From positions 65,496-129,495 of the forward strand of contig JAQUWH010000001.1 of the NCBI GenBank assembly GCA_028692955.1: a stretch of DNA of 64,000 nucleotides, in the 5' to 3' direction. This document shows, in pieces, positions 1-8,320 of the stretch. Each line of letters opens with the position of its first letter. The stretch's first letter is position 1. The DNA is from Clostridia bacterium. Lineage in GTDB: Bacteria; Bacillota; Clostridia; TANB77; CAG-465. The position numbers and the translations under genes are program-made. The notes beneath the pieces are model-generated. The model was given only the letters and a program-made list of their open reading frames with translations, did not search any database and had not been told where the DNA came from.

Positions 1-1047
1 GGAATTTTGATAAAAGATGAAAAAATAATAGAAATGGATAATAAAAATTCTGCCATACCTATTATTGAACAAGATAAAAGAGTAGCTAAAGATGAAACTA
101 TAGCTATTTATAAAAATGATAAATATGATGAATACTTAAAGCAAATTGAGAGTATTGATAATGATATACAAACTTTAGTAAAAGATTTACCAATTATTTA
201 TTCAGTGGAAATAGCAAGTATTGATTCTCAAATTTCTAGCCTTGCTAAAGAGGCGGTAGGAGCTAATTCTTATTTAAAAATGCAGGAATATAAAACAAAA
301 ATGGATGAACTTTCATACAAAAAGATAGTTATACTTGGAGAGCTTAGTCCGGCTGGTTCTAAAATACGTGAAATAGTAGAAAAAAGAGAAGAAATAGAAA
401 AGAATAGTAAAAATTCATCTAGTAATATCAAATCACCATTATCAGGGGTTGTCAGTTATAAAATTGATGAATTAGAAAATGTTGCAACTGTAAGTAACAT
501 ACTAAAATATACACCACAACAGTTTGATACATTTTTTGATAAGTATTCTCAAAGTAGTAAAAATCAATTTGGAATAAAAATAATTAATAATTTTCAAGCA
601 TATTTTGTGATTAGAATACCAATTGATGAAAATGATACCTATATTAAACTTGGCAATAAATATACCATAAAGACAATTGATAAAAATCCTCTGGTATTTT
701 CTGGAGAAATTAAAAGAAAAATAAAGAGTAATGATAATTACTATATTGTTTTTGCTGTTACAAATGGAATTGAAGACGTAGTCGATATAAGAAGTTTAAC
801 GTTAAATGTGATATGGAATAGACAAGAGGGAATGGCTGTTTTAAAAGAGGCAATACGAAGATCAGGAAATGATACGTATGATTACGTTACGCTAGTAACA
901 GGCGGTAGGTATGTTGATATTCCCATTAAAATCGTTAGTAGTAGTGATAATGTATGTATTGTTGACAATTTAAATGATGAAGAAAAGACAGCATTAGGGA
1001 TAGAAACAAATTACGTACTTAGTTTATATGATGTATTAGTAATATAA
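1..1047 (+). CDS. HlyD-family secretion adaptor protein. The ORF is in frame from base 1 with no upstream stop, so the N-terminus probably lies left of the window.
   Basis: Coiled-coil-rich sequence followed by a C-terminal beta-rich region (SPLSGVVSYKIDELE...), typical of HlyD/LcnD-type periplasmic adaptors. Confidence 0.45.
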   Translation, partial: GILIKDEKIIEMDNKNSAIPIIEQDKRVAKDETIAIYKNDKYDEYLKQIESIDNDIQTLVKDLPIIYSVEIASIDSQISSLAKEAVGANSYLKMQEYKTKMDELSYKKIVILGELSPAGSKIREIVEKREEIEKNSKNSSSNIKSPLSGVVSYKIDELENVATVSNILKYTPQQFDTFFDKYSQSSKNQFGIKIINNFQAYFVIRIPIDENDTYIKLGNKYTIKTIDKNPLVFSGEIKRKIKSNDNYYIVFAVTNGIEDVVDIRSLTLNVIWNRQEGMAVLKEAIRRSGNDTYDYVTLVTGGRYVDIPIKIVSSSDNVCIVDNLNDEEKTALGIETNYVLSLYDVLVI

Positions 1048-1049
1048 AA

Positions 1050-1083
1050 TGAAAAAGGAGTGATTTAAAAATTACTCCTTTTT
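1050..1083. terminator. Bidirectional intrinsic terminator hairpin between two convergent genes
   Basis: Inverted repeat aaaaaggagtgattt / aaattactccttttt flanked by T/A runs. Confidence 0.5.
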
Positions 1084-1646
1084 GTATATAATTTGCCATT
1101 TATTTTATCTTTATATAGTTTAATATTTTCAATTTGCTCTACAGAAAAAATCCTTTTTTGTTCCCCAAGAATTAAAAGAATTTGATATAATTCATATTTG
1201 GTGAATTTATCATTTTCCAACATATCATTAATTGATTTTTCATAGAAGTAGTCTTTTGAATTTTGAATAATTAAAGGAGTATCTTTGATTTTATTATAGA
1301 CTGATATGTTTTCTGGCAATATAGTAGAACATATGAAAGCCATTGGTTCTTCATAATCACCAAAATGGTAATTATCATATTTGGTTAAAAAGTAATCTGG
1401 GTAATTGCTATTTTCGCAGTATTTATTATATACATAAATATTAATAGAATCAATTAATATTTTTAGACAGGTATAGTCGTTATCAAAATATAATTCTGAG
1501 TCTTTAGGTGATAAAAAAGCAGTGATTCCTGCTTTTTCATTTCCAGAAATGAATAAAAACTTATCGGCAAATTCAGATAATTTCATACCATATTTAGTCA
1601 CATTATCTATATTTGTGTTTTTGGTATATACATATAAACAGTTCAA
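1065..1646 (-). CDS. Hypothetical protein. The real start may be the internal Met (MKLSEF...).
   Basis: 193-codon ORF convergent with the HlyD-like gene. No recognisable motif. Confidence 0.4.
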   Translation of the reverse strand: MNCLYVYTKNTNIDNVTKYGMKLSEFADKFLFISGNEKAGITAFLSPKDSELYFDNDYTCLKILIDSINIYVYNKYCENSNYPDYFLTKYDNYHFGDYEEPMAFICSTILPENISVYNKIKDTPLIIQNSKDYFYEKSINDMLENDKFTKYELYQILLILGEQKRIFSVEQIENIKLYKDKINGKLYTKRSNF

Positions 1647-1993
1647 AATAATCTCCTTTTGTACATTTCATTATCAAAATGTATTTACTATTAAAATTAA
1701 TTTTCAATTTAAATCTTTGTATATTTTAGCATAGTTTCTGCTATAAATCAATGCCTTCATAGTAGAAATTATGTATAATTTAAAGATTAATTCATATATA
1801 TGAATTATATATCATGTTAAATATCAAATTGCCTTTTTATCACTTGTTTTACTGTAATATTTGTAAAAATATTGTCATGGTATTGTAATAAAAAGTTGTA
1901 ATGTAAATAATATATGATGTGTTAAATATGCTATACGTAAGCAAAAATCGAATTTTTTACTATTTTATTGGTGTCAAAAAAAAGAATAAAAAT

Positions 1994-2022
1994 TTGACAA
2001 AAATAATAAACTATAGTATAAT
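1994..2022 (+). promoter_or_regulatory. Sigma-A-type promoter upstream of the yabE-like gene
   Basis: TTGACA at 1994-1999, 17-nt spacer, TATAAT at 2017-2022. Confidence 0.45.
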
Positions 2023-2050
2023 ATTAACATGACCAAGGAGGAGTTTTTAA

Positions 2051-3130
2051 GTGGAAGTAAGTAAGTTGCATATCATTAAGAAAACACTTATTGTTTTAAT
2101 ATTAGTATTAAGTATTGTTACATCTGGCGTATTCTTAATAACGACGCAATTAAAAACCATAACTTTAGACTATTATGGTAAGAAACAAACTATAAAGACT
2201 TTAGCAGTAGATGTTAATGATTTCTTAATGCAAAACAAACTGATTTTAGGAGAAAATGATAAAGTAGAACCTTCTAAAAACACAGTGTTGGCAAATGGTA
2301 TTGATATAAAGGTGAGCTCTGGTACAGAACTTGCTATGTTAGATATAGACAATATTTCTAGTACTTATGAAAATCCAATGGTAGCTAGAATAGAAGAAGT
2401 AATTGAAAATATACCTTTTGAGGAAGAAAAGAAAAATAATCCTTCTGTAGATAGAGGAATAGAAAATACAATACAAGAAGGTAAAGAGGGACAGAAATCA
2501 ACACGTTATATCGTAAAATATGATAATGGGCAAGAAATAGCAAGAGCGCAAATTTCTAATGAAGTAATTACTAAAACACAAAACAAAGTTATTGAAGTAG
2601 GCTCAAAATTACCAGTAATCACATCTAGAGGAAATGTTATAAGAACAACTAATGTTGATGCTGGATTTAAACAGTATAATATCAAGTTACCAGTAGAACA
2701 ACAAAAGTTTGCCTATAATCTTTGTAAGCAATATGGTATACAATATGAGTTGTTTTTGGCGATGATGTATAAGGAAAGTGGGTATAATCCTAATTCTTAT
2801 GGTGGATCGGGTAATCCATCTTATGGACTTTGTCAAATTTATGTTACCAATCATGCATGGCTTAGCAGTGCACTTGGTATTAGTGATTTCTTTAATCCAT
2901 ATGATAATATGACAGCGGGAGCTTTTTTGCTTGCTAGATATATAAATTCAGGTTATACACATGTTAGCTCACAAGGTACTGACGCGGTTGAAATATATGG
3001 GCTTAATTCATATAATATGGGTGAAGGTGTATATAATGCTTATTGCGGTAATAATGGTGTACAAAACAGAGCATATAGTACTTCTATTAGAAATTTAAGA
3101 GATAGATTAATTAACAATGGTGGTATATAA
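2051..3130 (+). CDS. YabE-like cell-wall protein: N-terminal membrane anchor, G5 domain and C-terminal SLT (lytic transglycosylase) domain. GTG start.
   Basis: G5-like segment (VDRGIENTIQEGKEGQKSTRYIVKYDNGQE...). SLT motif (MMYKESGYNPNSYGGSGNPSYGLCQIY). Position just upstream of rsmA matches yabE synteny. Confidence 0.7.
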   Translation: MEVSKLHIIKKTLIVLILVLSIVTSGVFLITTQLKTITLDYYGKKQTIKTLAVDVNDFLMQNKLILGENDKVEPSKNTVLANGIDIKVSSGTELAMLDIDNISSTYENPMVARIEEVIENIPFEEEKKNNPSVDRGIENTIQEGKEGQKSTRYIVKYDNGQEIARAQISNEVITKTQNKVIEVGSKLPVITSRGNVIRTTNVDAGFKQYNIKLPVEQQKFAYNLCKQYGIQYELFLAMMYKESGYNPNSYGGSGNPSYGLCQIYVTNHAWLSSALGISDFFNPYDNMTAGAFLLARYINSGYTHVSSQGTDAVEIYGLNSYNMGEGVYNAYCGNNGVQNRAYSTSIRNLRDRLINNGGI

Positions 3131-3192
3131 AAATAAGTAAAAATAAAAATAATTGCTATAGTTGTAGCAATTATTTTTGTTGGGAGAGAAAT

Positions 3193-4053
3193 ATGAAGAC
3201 GTTAGAAATAACAAAAAAAATATTGAAGCAATATAATATTAGAGCTGATAAAAGATATGGGCAAAACTTTTTAATAGATGATAATATATTAGAAAATATT
3301 GTTGATGTGTCCAATATAACAGATGATGATTTAATTATAGAAATTGGGCCAGGACTAGGTAACTTAACTAGCTATTTATTAAATAGAGCTGGGCATGCAT
3401 TATTGATTGAAATTGACAATAAAATGATTGAAATTTTGAATAATAGATTTGATGGGGTAAATAACTATACTTTACTCAATCAAGATATATTAAAAGTAAA
3501 TATTGATGAATTAATAAATAATGTGGAAGAAAAGCTTAACAAAAAATTTAAAACAGTAAAAGTGGTAGCTAATTTACCATACTATATTACTACTCCAATT
3601 TTATTTAAATTATTACAAGAATCAGCTAGAGTATCTGAGATTATAATTATGGTACAAAAAGAAGTAGCTGAGAGAATGGTTGCAAGACCTAAAACTAAAG
3701 ATTATGGTATTTTAACATTAATGGTAGAATATTTAGCGGTTGCAAGTATTGAATTTATTGTACCAAATAATAGTTTTATACCAGCTCCTGATGTGACATC
3801 TGCTATAATTAAATTAATAAAGAGCAAAAGATATAATGTCACAAATGAGGAGACACTATTTAAATTGATACATGCAAGTTTTGCACAACGTAGAAAAAAG
3901 ATGATAAATTCATTAGAATCAACTAGTTTCTTAGATATGTCAAAACATGATTTAGAAACCATTTTTCAAAAATGTGATTTATCATTAAATTCAAGAGCAG
4001 AAGAGTTAACAATCAATGATTATATAAAGATAATAGAAACAATAAAATTATAG
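3193..4053 (+). CDS. rsmA: 16S rRNA (adenine1518/1519-N6)-dimethyltransferase
   Basis: Classic KsgA N-terminus (RADKRYGQNFLID) and SAM-binding motif (IEIGPGLGNLT). Confidence 0.9.
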   Translation: MKTLEITKKILKQYNIRADKRYGQNFLIDDNILENIVDVSNITDDDLIIEIGPGLGNLTSYLLNRAGHALLIEIDNKMIEILNNRFDGVNNYTLLNQDILKVNIDELINNVEEKLNKKFKTVKVVANLPYYITTPILFKLLQESARVSEIIIMVQKEVAERMVARPKTKDYGILTLMVEYLAVASIEFIVPNNSFIPAPDVTSAIIKLIKSKRYNVTNEETLFKLIHASFAQRRKKMINSLESTSFLDMSKHDLETIFQKCDLSLNSRAEELTINDYIKIIETIKL

Positions 4054-4079
4054 GATTACTATAATTTTATTGTTTCTAT

Positions 4080-4304
4080 TTAATTATTTAGGAAATTAAG
4101 ATTTTGGTTAGCCATATCCTCGACAGCTGTGTTAATTCTAAATTTTGCATCATCATTTTTAGTATTATTTTGTATATAACTTTTAATCATATTTTTAGTA
4201 TTAGAATCTAGATTTGCAAAATAAGATAATGCTTTTTGATTCATACCGATAGATAAACTAAAACCAACTGGCATTTCAAGTTCATTATTTTCCACATTAG
4301 TCAC
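4080..4304 (-). CDS. Small hypothetical protein (74 aa)
   Basis: ORF only. No motif recognised. Confidence 0.35.
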   Translation of the reverse strand: MTNVENNELEMPVGFSLSIGMNQKALSYFANLDSNTKNMIKSYIQNNTKNDDAKFRINTAVEDMANQNLNFLNN

Positions 4305-4408
4305 CTCTGTTATTATTATGTCACAATCATAAAAAAATATGATATAAATAAACTATCTATACAAAAAAAGAAGAATATGATATAATTTTTGTATGAATAA
4401 GGTGAATT

Positions 4409-5668
4409 ATGGAAGATTGCAATGAAGCTAAAAGATTAGAGAAAAATATAAAAATTTATAAAAAATACAAAATGTTTTCTTATGATTTTGTATTCTATTA
4501 TGCTATCTTTGTGATATATTTCACAACAGTAAAAAACTTTAGTATGTCACAAGTAATGTATTTTAATGGGTTTTATACTTTTTTCGTATTTTTCTGGCAA
4601 ATGTTTGGAAATTTAATATTAGAAAAGATAAAAATAAAGAAAAGTATTGTGTTAGGTAATGTATTAGTAGCTTTACAAGCTCTTATTTATATATTTGGTA
4701 ATTATTTTAGTACATTGATATTTGCCGAATGCATAGGCGCCTTGGGATTTACACTTAAAAGTTTATCGGAAGGAACTTTACTTTACACATCGTTAAAGCA
4801 TACTGGAAAAAGAAAAGAGTTTACTAAAATAGAAGGAAAGGCAAACTCAAAATATTATTATTATGATGCAATTGCTTCCATATTATCTGGTCTATTATTT
4901 CTCGTAAGTCCATATTTGCCAATTATACTATGCTTTATCAATACTTTAATTAGTTTAGTGATGTCATTAAAATTTTCAGATATAGAAGAGAAGAATAAAG
5001 AAAGATATTCTGTAAAAGAAATAGTGAAAGATTTTAAAACTGTAATAAAAAAACAACGTGTTAAGTCCATTATTTTGTTTTCCTTTGTGTTTTCAGGTGT
5101 AATAGCAGTTAGTACTACATTATATAAAGCGATTATATTAGAAATGGGAGTAGGAGTCGAACTCAATTCAGTTATTATATGTATTTGTACGATATTTGTA
5201 GGAATTGGAGCAAAGCAGCTATTTTTTCTTGAAGCGAAAACAAAAAATAGAACATTAACATTCTTTGCTGCTATTTATACTGTGGCACTGCTTTCCATTG
5301 GATTTATTAGCCATTATTGTGGGTTAAATATACCTGTGACAATTGTTATGATAACATTACTGATAATCATTGGTTTAATTCAAGGGGCCTACAGGGTTGC
5401 CATCAAAAAATATGTATTAAATTTTACTACCAGTAAGGTTAGAACTAAAATAACATCTATTTATTATATGGCTGAAAATATAGGCTCGACGATTATGTTA
5501 TTTTTAATAGGAATATTACTTAATTATACAACTAGTGCAATGGCATGTATCTTATTTTCTGTTATTAGTGGGATGATTTTACTTTTTATACTATTATATA
5601 TTAAAAATAAACTTGGCTTAAAACCAGAGGAATATGACGCAGAAGAAATTAATAATACATTGATTTAA
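4409..5668 (+). CDS. Polytopic membrane transporter, MFS-like, about 12 TM segments. The start may be at the downstream Met.
   Basis: Alternating hydrophobic helices through the whole length. Followed by a terminator hairpin. Confidence 0.55.
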   Translation: MEDCNEAKRLEKNIKIYKKYKMFSYDFVFYYAIFVIYFTTVKNFSMSQVMYFNGFYTFFVFFWQMFGNLILEKIKIKKSIVLGNVLVALQALIYIFGNYFSTLIFAECIGALGFTLKSLSEGTLLYTSLKHTGKRKEFTKIEGKANSKYYYYDAIASILSGLLFLVSPYLPIILCFINTLISLVMSLKFSDIEEKNKERYSVKEIVKDFKTVIKKQRVKSIILFSFVFSGVIAVSTTLYKAIILEMGVGVELNSVIICICTIFVGIGAKQLFFLEAKTKNRTLTFFAAIYTVALLSIGFISHYCGLNIPVTIVMITLLIIIGLIQGAYRVAIKKYVLNFTTSKVRTKITSIYYMAENIGSTIMLFLIGILLNYTTSAMACILFSVISGMILLFILLYIKNKLGLKPEEYDAEEINNTLI

Positions 5669-5671
5669 TGA

Positions 5672-5704
5672 GTGACCAAAACCAGTATTTTGGTCACTTT
5701 TTGG
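5672..5704 (+). terminator. Intrinsic terminator after the transporter gene
   Basis: gtgaccaaaaccagtattttggtcac followed by ttttt. Confidence 0.55.
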
Positions 5705-5789
5705 TTTTATTCATTATTGACATTTATATCTTTTTGTATTATACTTAACATATCTTTAAGGGATTAAAGATATTTAGCGAGGAGTTTAT

Positions 5790-6815
5790 ATGGGAAATAT
5801 TAATTATTTATTCAAAAGAATTAAAAGTATGAATTTTTCTAATATGGTTGATACAGCAAAACAAGTGCATCAAGAAACGGGAAAGAACACAGCGCGTATA
5901 TTGTTTGATATAGTTTATTGTGGGTACAAATATATGGCTGGATTTGTTGATTATAAAGTGTTTAAAATGTATCTTTTAAACAAAGAGCAAAGGGCTACTT
6001 ATATTACTAGAGGAGTCAATAATAATTACGTTAAATTGTTAAACGACCCTGAAGCAATGAAAAAAGTGGATAATAAATTAGAGTTTAATAAAATTTATAG
6101 TGAGTTTATCAAAAGAGATTGGATATCTTTAACAGAAGTTAGTTACGAAGAGTTCGAAATGTTTTTTAAAAAGCACAAAGATATTATTGTAAAACCAGTC
6201 GATGAGATGTGTGGCAAAGGAGTTGCAAAAATAACTCTTAAAGAAGACACTGACATTAAGGTAGTATATGATGAATTAATTAAAAACAATCAAATTTTAA
6301 TTGAAGAATGTGTGAAACAAAATAATGAAATTGCAAAACTTAATCCATCTTCTGTTAATACACTAAGGGTGGTAACGTTAAAAAAGGAAAATGAAGTAAA
6401 GGTTTTATTTACTGCACTTAGAATTGGAAATGGAAAATCAGTAGATAATTTTAATAATGGAGGAATGTTTACGGTTGTTAATGAAGACGGAACGATCACA
6501 AAACCAGCCATTAGCAAAGATGGAACAGTATATACAGAGCATCCTCTAACCCATGAAAAAATAGTTGGGTTTAAGTTGCCAAATTTTGATATTGCGTTAG
6601 ATACAGCAAAAAAATGTGCTTCACAAATCGAAAAAGTAAGATATATCGGATTTGATGTGGTGATTACAGAAGATGATGCCCTTATTTTGGAAGCTAATCC
6701 GTTTCCTGGTCATGATTTATATCAATCTGTTGCACATTTAGATGAGGACTTACAAGGATTGAAACCTAGATTTGATAAAGAAATATTTGGAAATAAAAAG
6801 GAAGAAGTGAAATAA
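5790..6815 (+). CDS. ATP-grasp amide ligase of the sugar-transfer-associated (alpha-L-glutamate-ligase-related) type
   Basis: Domain order and motifs resemble the ATPgrasp_ST family (VKPVDEMCGKGVAKI ... IEECVKQNNE ... GFDVVITEDDALILEANPFPG). Has its own promoter-like TTGACA/TATTAT upstream. Confidence 0.6.
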   Translation: MGNINYLFKRIKSMNFSNMVDTAKQVHQETGKNTARILFDIVYCGYKYMAGFVDYKVFKMYLLNKEQRATYITRGVNNNYVKLLNDPEAMKKVDNKLEFNKIYSEFIKRDWISLTEVSYEEFEMFFKKHKDIIVKPVDEMCGKGVAKITLKEDTDIKVVYDELIKNNQILIEECVKQNNEIAKLNPSSVNTLRVVTLKKENEVKVLFTALRIGNGKSVDNFNNGGMFTVVNEDGTITKPAISKDGTVYTEHPLTHEKIVGFKLPNFDIALDTAKKCASQIEKVRYIGFDVVITEDDALILEANPFPGHDLYQSVAHLDEDLQGLKPRFDKEIFGNKKEEVK

Positions 6816-7609
6816 TGAAAGAAGAAAATGCAAATATAGAACTTGATGAAATATCAAGAGTTGAAAATAAAACGCTAGGAAATAATATACAAAAAGAGGA
6901 TATTTATACAAAATTTTCTCCTAATGATACAAAGGGACTTGTTATTAAAGTGGAAGGTGACTCTTACGAAAGATTTCCGATTAAAGTACCAGTTATCATG
7001 TCCGGTGACGACATCTATTCAATTATTAATGAACATGTAAGAGATTTTTTACAAGAAGGGGATATGATTTTTGTAAGTGAGAAAATAGTTGCTATTTCAC
7101 AAGGCAGAGCTTTTAAAATATCAGATATTAAACCTTCTAGACTTGCAAACTTTTTACAAAAATTTGTTCATAAGTCTGATGTAGGCATTGGTCTTGGAAG
7201 TCCTCACACTATGGAACTTGCAATTAGAGAATTAGGTAGAATTAGAATTTTATTTGCTGCAGGAATTGCGGCTATTACAAAACCGTTTGGTATTAAAGGA
7301 GCCTTTTACGTAATATGTGGACCAAAAGCACAAGCAATTGATGGCCCTTGTAGTTATACAATACCACCATATAATCATTATGCAAAACTTGCTCCAAAGG
7401 ACCCAGATAAAGTAGCAAAAAAATTAAAAGAAATAACTGGTGCTAAAGATGTAGTGATTATAGATGCTAACGATATAGGAGTTAATGTATTAGGAAAATC
7501 AGATAAAAAATTAAAAAATAAAATATTAGCTGCTATCTTTAAAGATAATCCATTAGGCCAAACAAACGAACAAACTCCACTTGCTATTGTGAGAAAAATT
7601 AACGAATAA
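6815..7609 (+). CDS. CofE-like (F420-0:gamma-glutamyl ligase fold) protein. Its start overlaps the ATP-grasp stop.
   Basis: CofE-type motifs FVSEKIVAISQGRA and VVIIDANDIGVNVLGKS. Translationally coupled (ATGA overlap). Confidence 0.55.
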   Translation: MKEENANIELDEISRVENKTLGNNIQKEDIYTKFSPNDTKGLVIKVEGDSYERFPIKVPVIMSGDDIYSIINEHVRDFLQEGDMIFVSEKIVAISQGRAFKISDIKPSRLANFLQKFVHKSDVGIGLGSPHTMELAIRELGRIRILFAAGIAAITKPFGIKGAFYVICGPKAQAIDGPCSYTIPPYNHYAKLAPKDPDKVAKKLKEITGAKDVVIIDANDIGVNVLGKSDKKLKNKILAAIFKDNPLGQTNEQTPLAIVRKINE

Positions 7610-7654
7610 TACAAAAACGAGATAGAAAATATTAAAAATACTTGGGAATAACCA

Positions 7655-7698
7655 AACCAACCAATTAATTTAATTTAAATTAATTGGTTGGTTTTTTC
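7655..7698 (+). terminator. Intrinsic terminator with a perfect 16-bp stem
   Basis: aaccaaccaattaatt ... aattaattggttggtt followed by tttttt. Confidence 0.7.
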
Positions 7699-7822
7699 TT
7701 AAAATATAACTTATATTAACGCTATAACTCCTAAAAGAGGCGCAGTTTTATAGCGGCATAACAAAATTAAAACAAGAAAATCAACTCGATTGAAAAAATG
7801 GAGTTGATATCAATATTTTAAT

Positions 7823-7898
7823 TGGAGCTGAAAGTCCGATTTGAACGGACGACCTGCTGTTTACAAGACAGCTGCTCTACCAACTGAGCTATTCCAGC
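7823..7898 (-). tRNA. tRNA-Thr (anticodon UGU), last gene of a three-tRNA operon
   Basis: Reverse complement folds as a cloverleaf: acceptor gctggaa, anticodon stem gctgt/acagc, loop cttgtaa, T-loop ttcaaat, encoded CCA. Confidence 0.7.
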
Positions 7899-7904
7899 AA
7901 ATGA

Positions 7905-7979
7905 TGGTGACCCGTGGGAGAATCGAACTCCCCACTCCGCCGTGAAAGGGCGGTGTCTTAACCGATTGACCAACGGGCC
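7905..7979 (-). tRNA. tRNA-Glu (anticodon UUC)
   Basis: Reverse complement ggcccgttggtcaatcggttaagacaccgccctttcacggcgg... Anticodon loop ctttcac. Encoded CCA. Confidence 0.8.
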
Positions 7980-8008
7980 ATATACATATCCCGATTAGTC
8001 AGTTTATC

Positions 8009-8084
8009 TGGTGAGCCATCGCAGATTCGAACTGCGGACAACTTGATTAAAAGTCAAGTGCTCTGCCAACTGAGCTAATGGCCC
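8009..8084 (-). tRNA. tRNA-Lys (anticodon UUU)
   Basis: Reverse complement gggccattagctcagttggcagagcacttgacttttaatcaag... Anticodon loop cttttaa. Encoded CCA. Confidence 0.8.
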
Positions 8085-8119
8085 AGACATAAGACAACCG
8101 GAAAATGTATTGCTAATAC

Positions 8120-8148
8120 ATAATACTATATTTTTTGAATGTTGTCAA
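8120..8148 (-). promoter_or_regulatory. Promoter of the tRNA operon
   Basis: On the minus strand: TTGACA (8143-8148), 17 nt, TATTAT (8120-8125). Confidence 0.5.
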
Positions 8149-8320
8149 TACTTTTTGAGATATTTGTGTAAAAAATGTGAAAATATATCATTCTGTATTA
8201 TTTTAAAATGCAACTTTTTTTATGTCGAATAGGGTCTACTTTCAGCTAACTATGTCGAAACGTTCTAAAAATATTGACACCTTTTATTGAAAATGCTAAA
8301 ATTGTGTTAGGTGAAAGGAA

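Noticed and set aside
1522-1734. 70-aa ORF on the plus strand overlapping the minus-strand 193-aa gene
   Set aside because: No RBS, it overlaps another CDS, and the peptide is a hydrophobic low-complexity sequence.
1650-2050. Looked for a c-di-AMP (ydaO-type) riboswitch upstream of the YabE-like cell-wall gene, as is common in Clostridia
   Set aside because: The 400-nt leader is uniformly AT-rich with no GC-rich conserved helices or ydaO motifs. Only a canonical promoter was found.
7700-7822. Possible extra structured RNA between the plus-strand terminator and tRNA-Thr
   Set aside because: The hairpins found (gctataa...ttatagc and atcaactc...gagttgat) are best explained as the minus-strand terminator of the tRNA operon. 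No conserved motif was seen.
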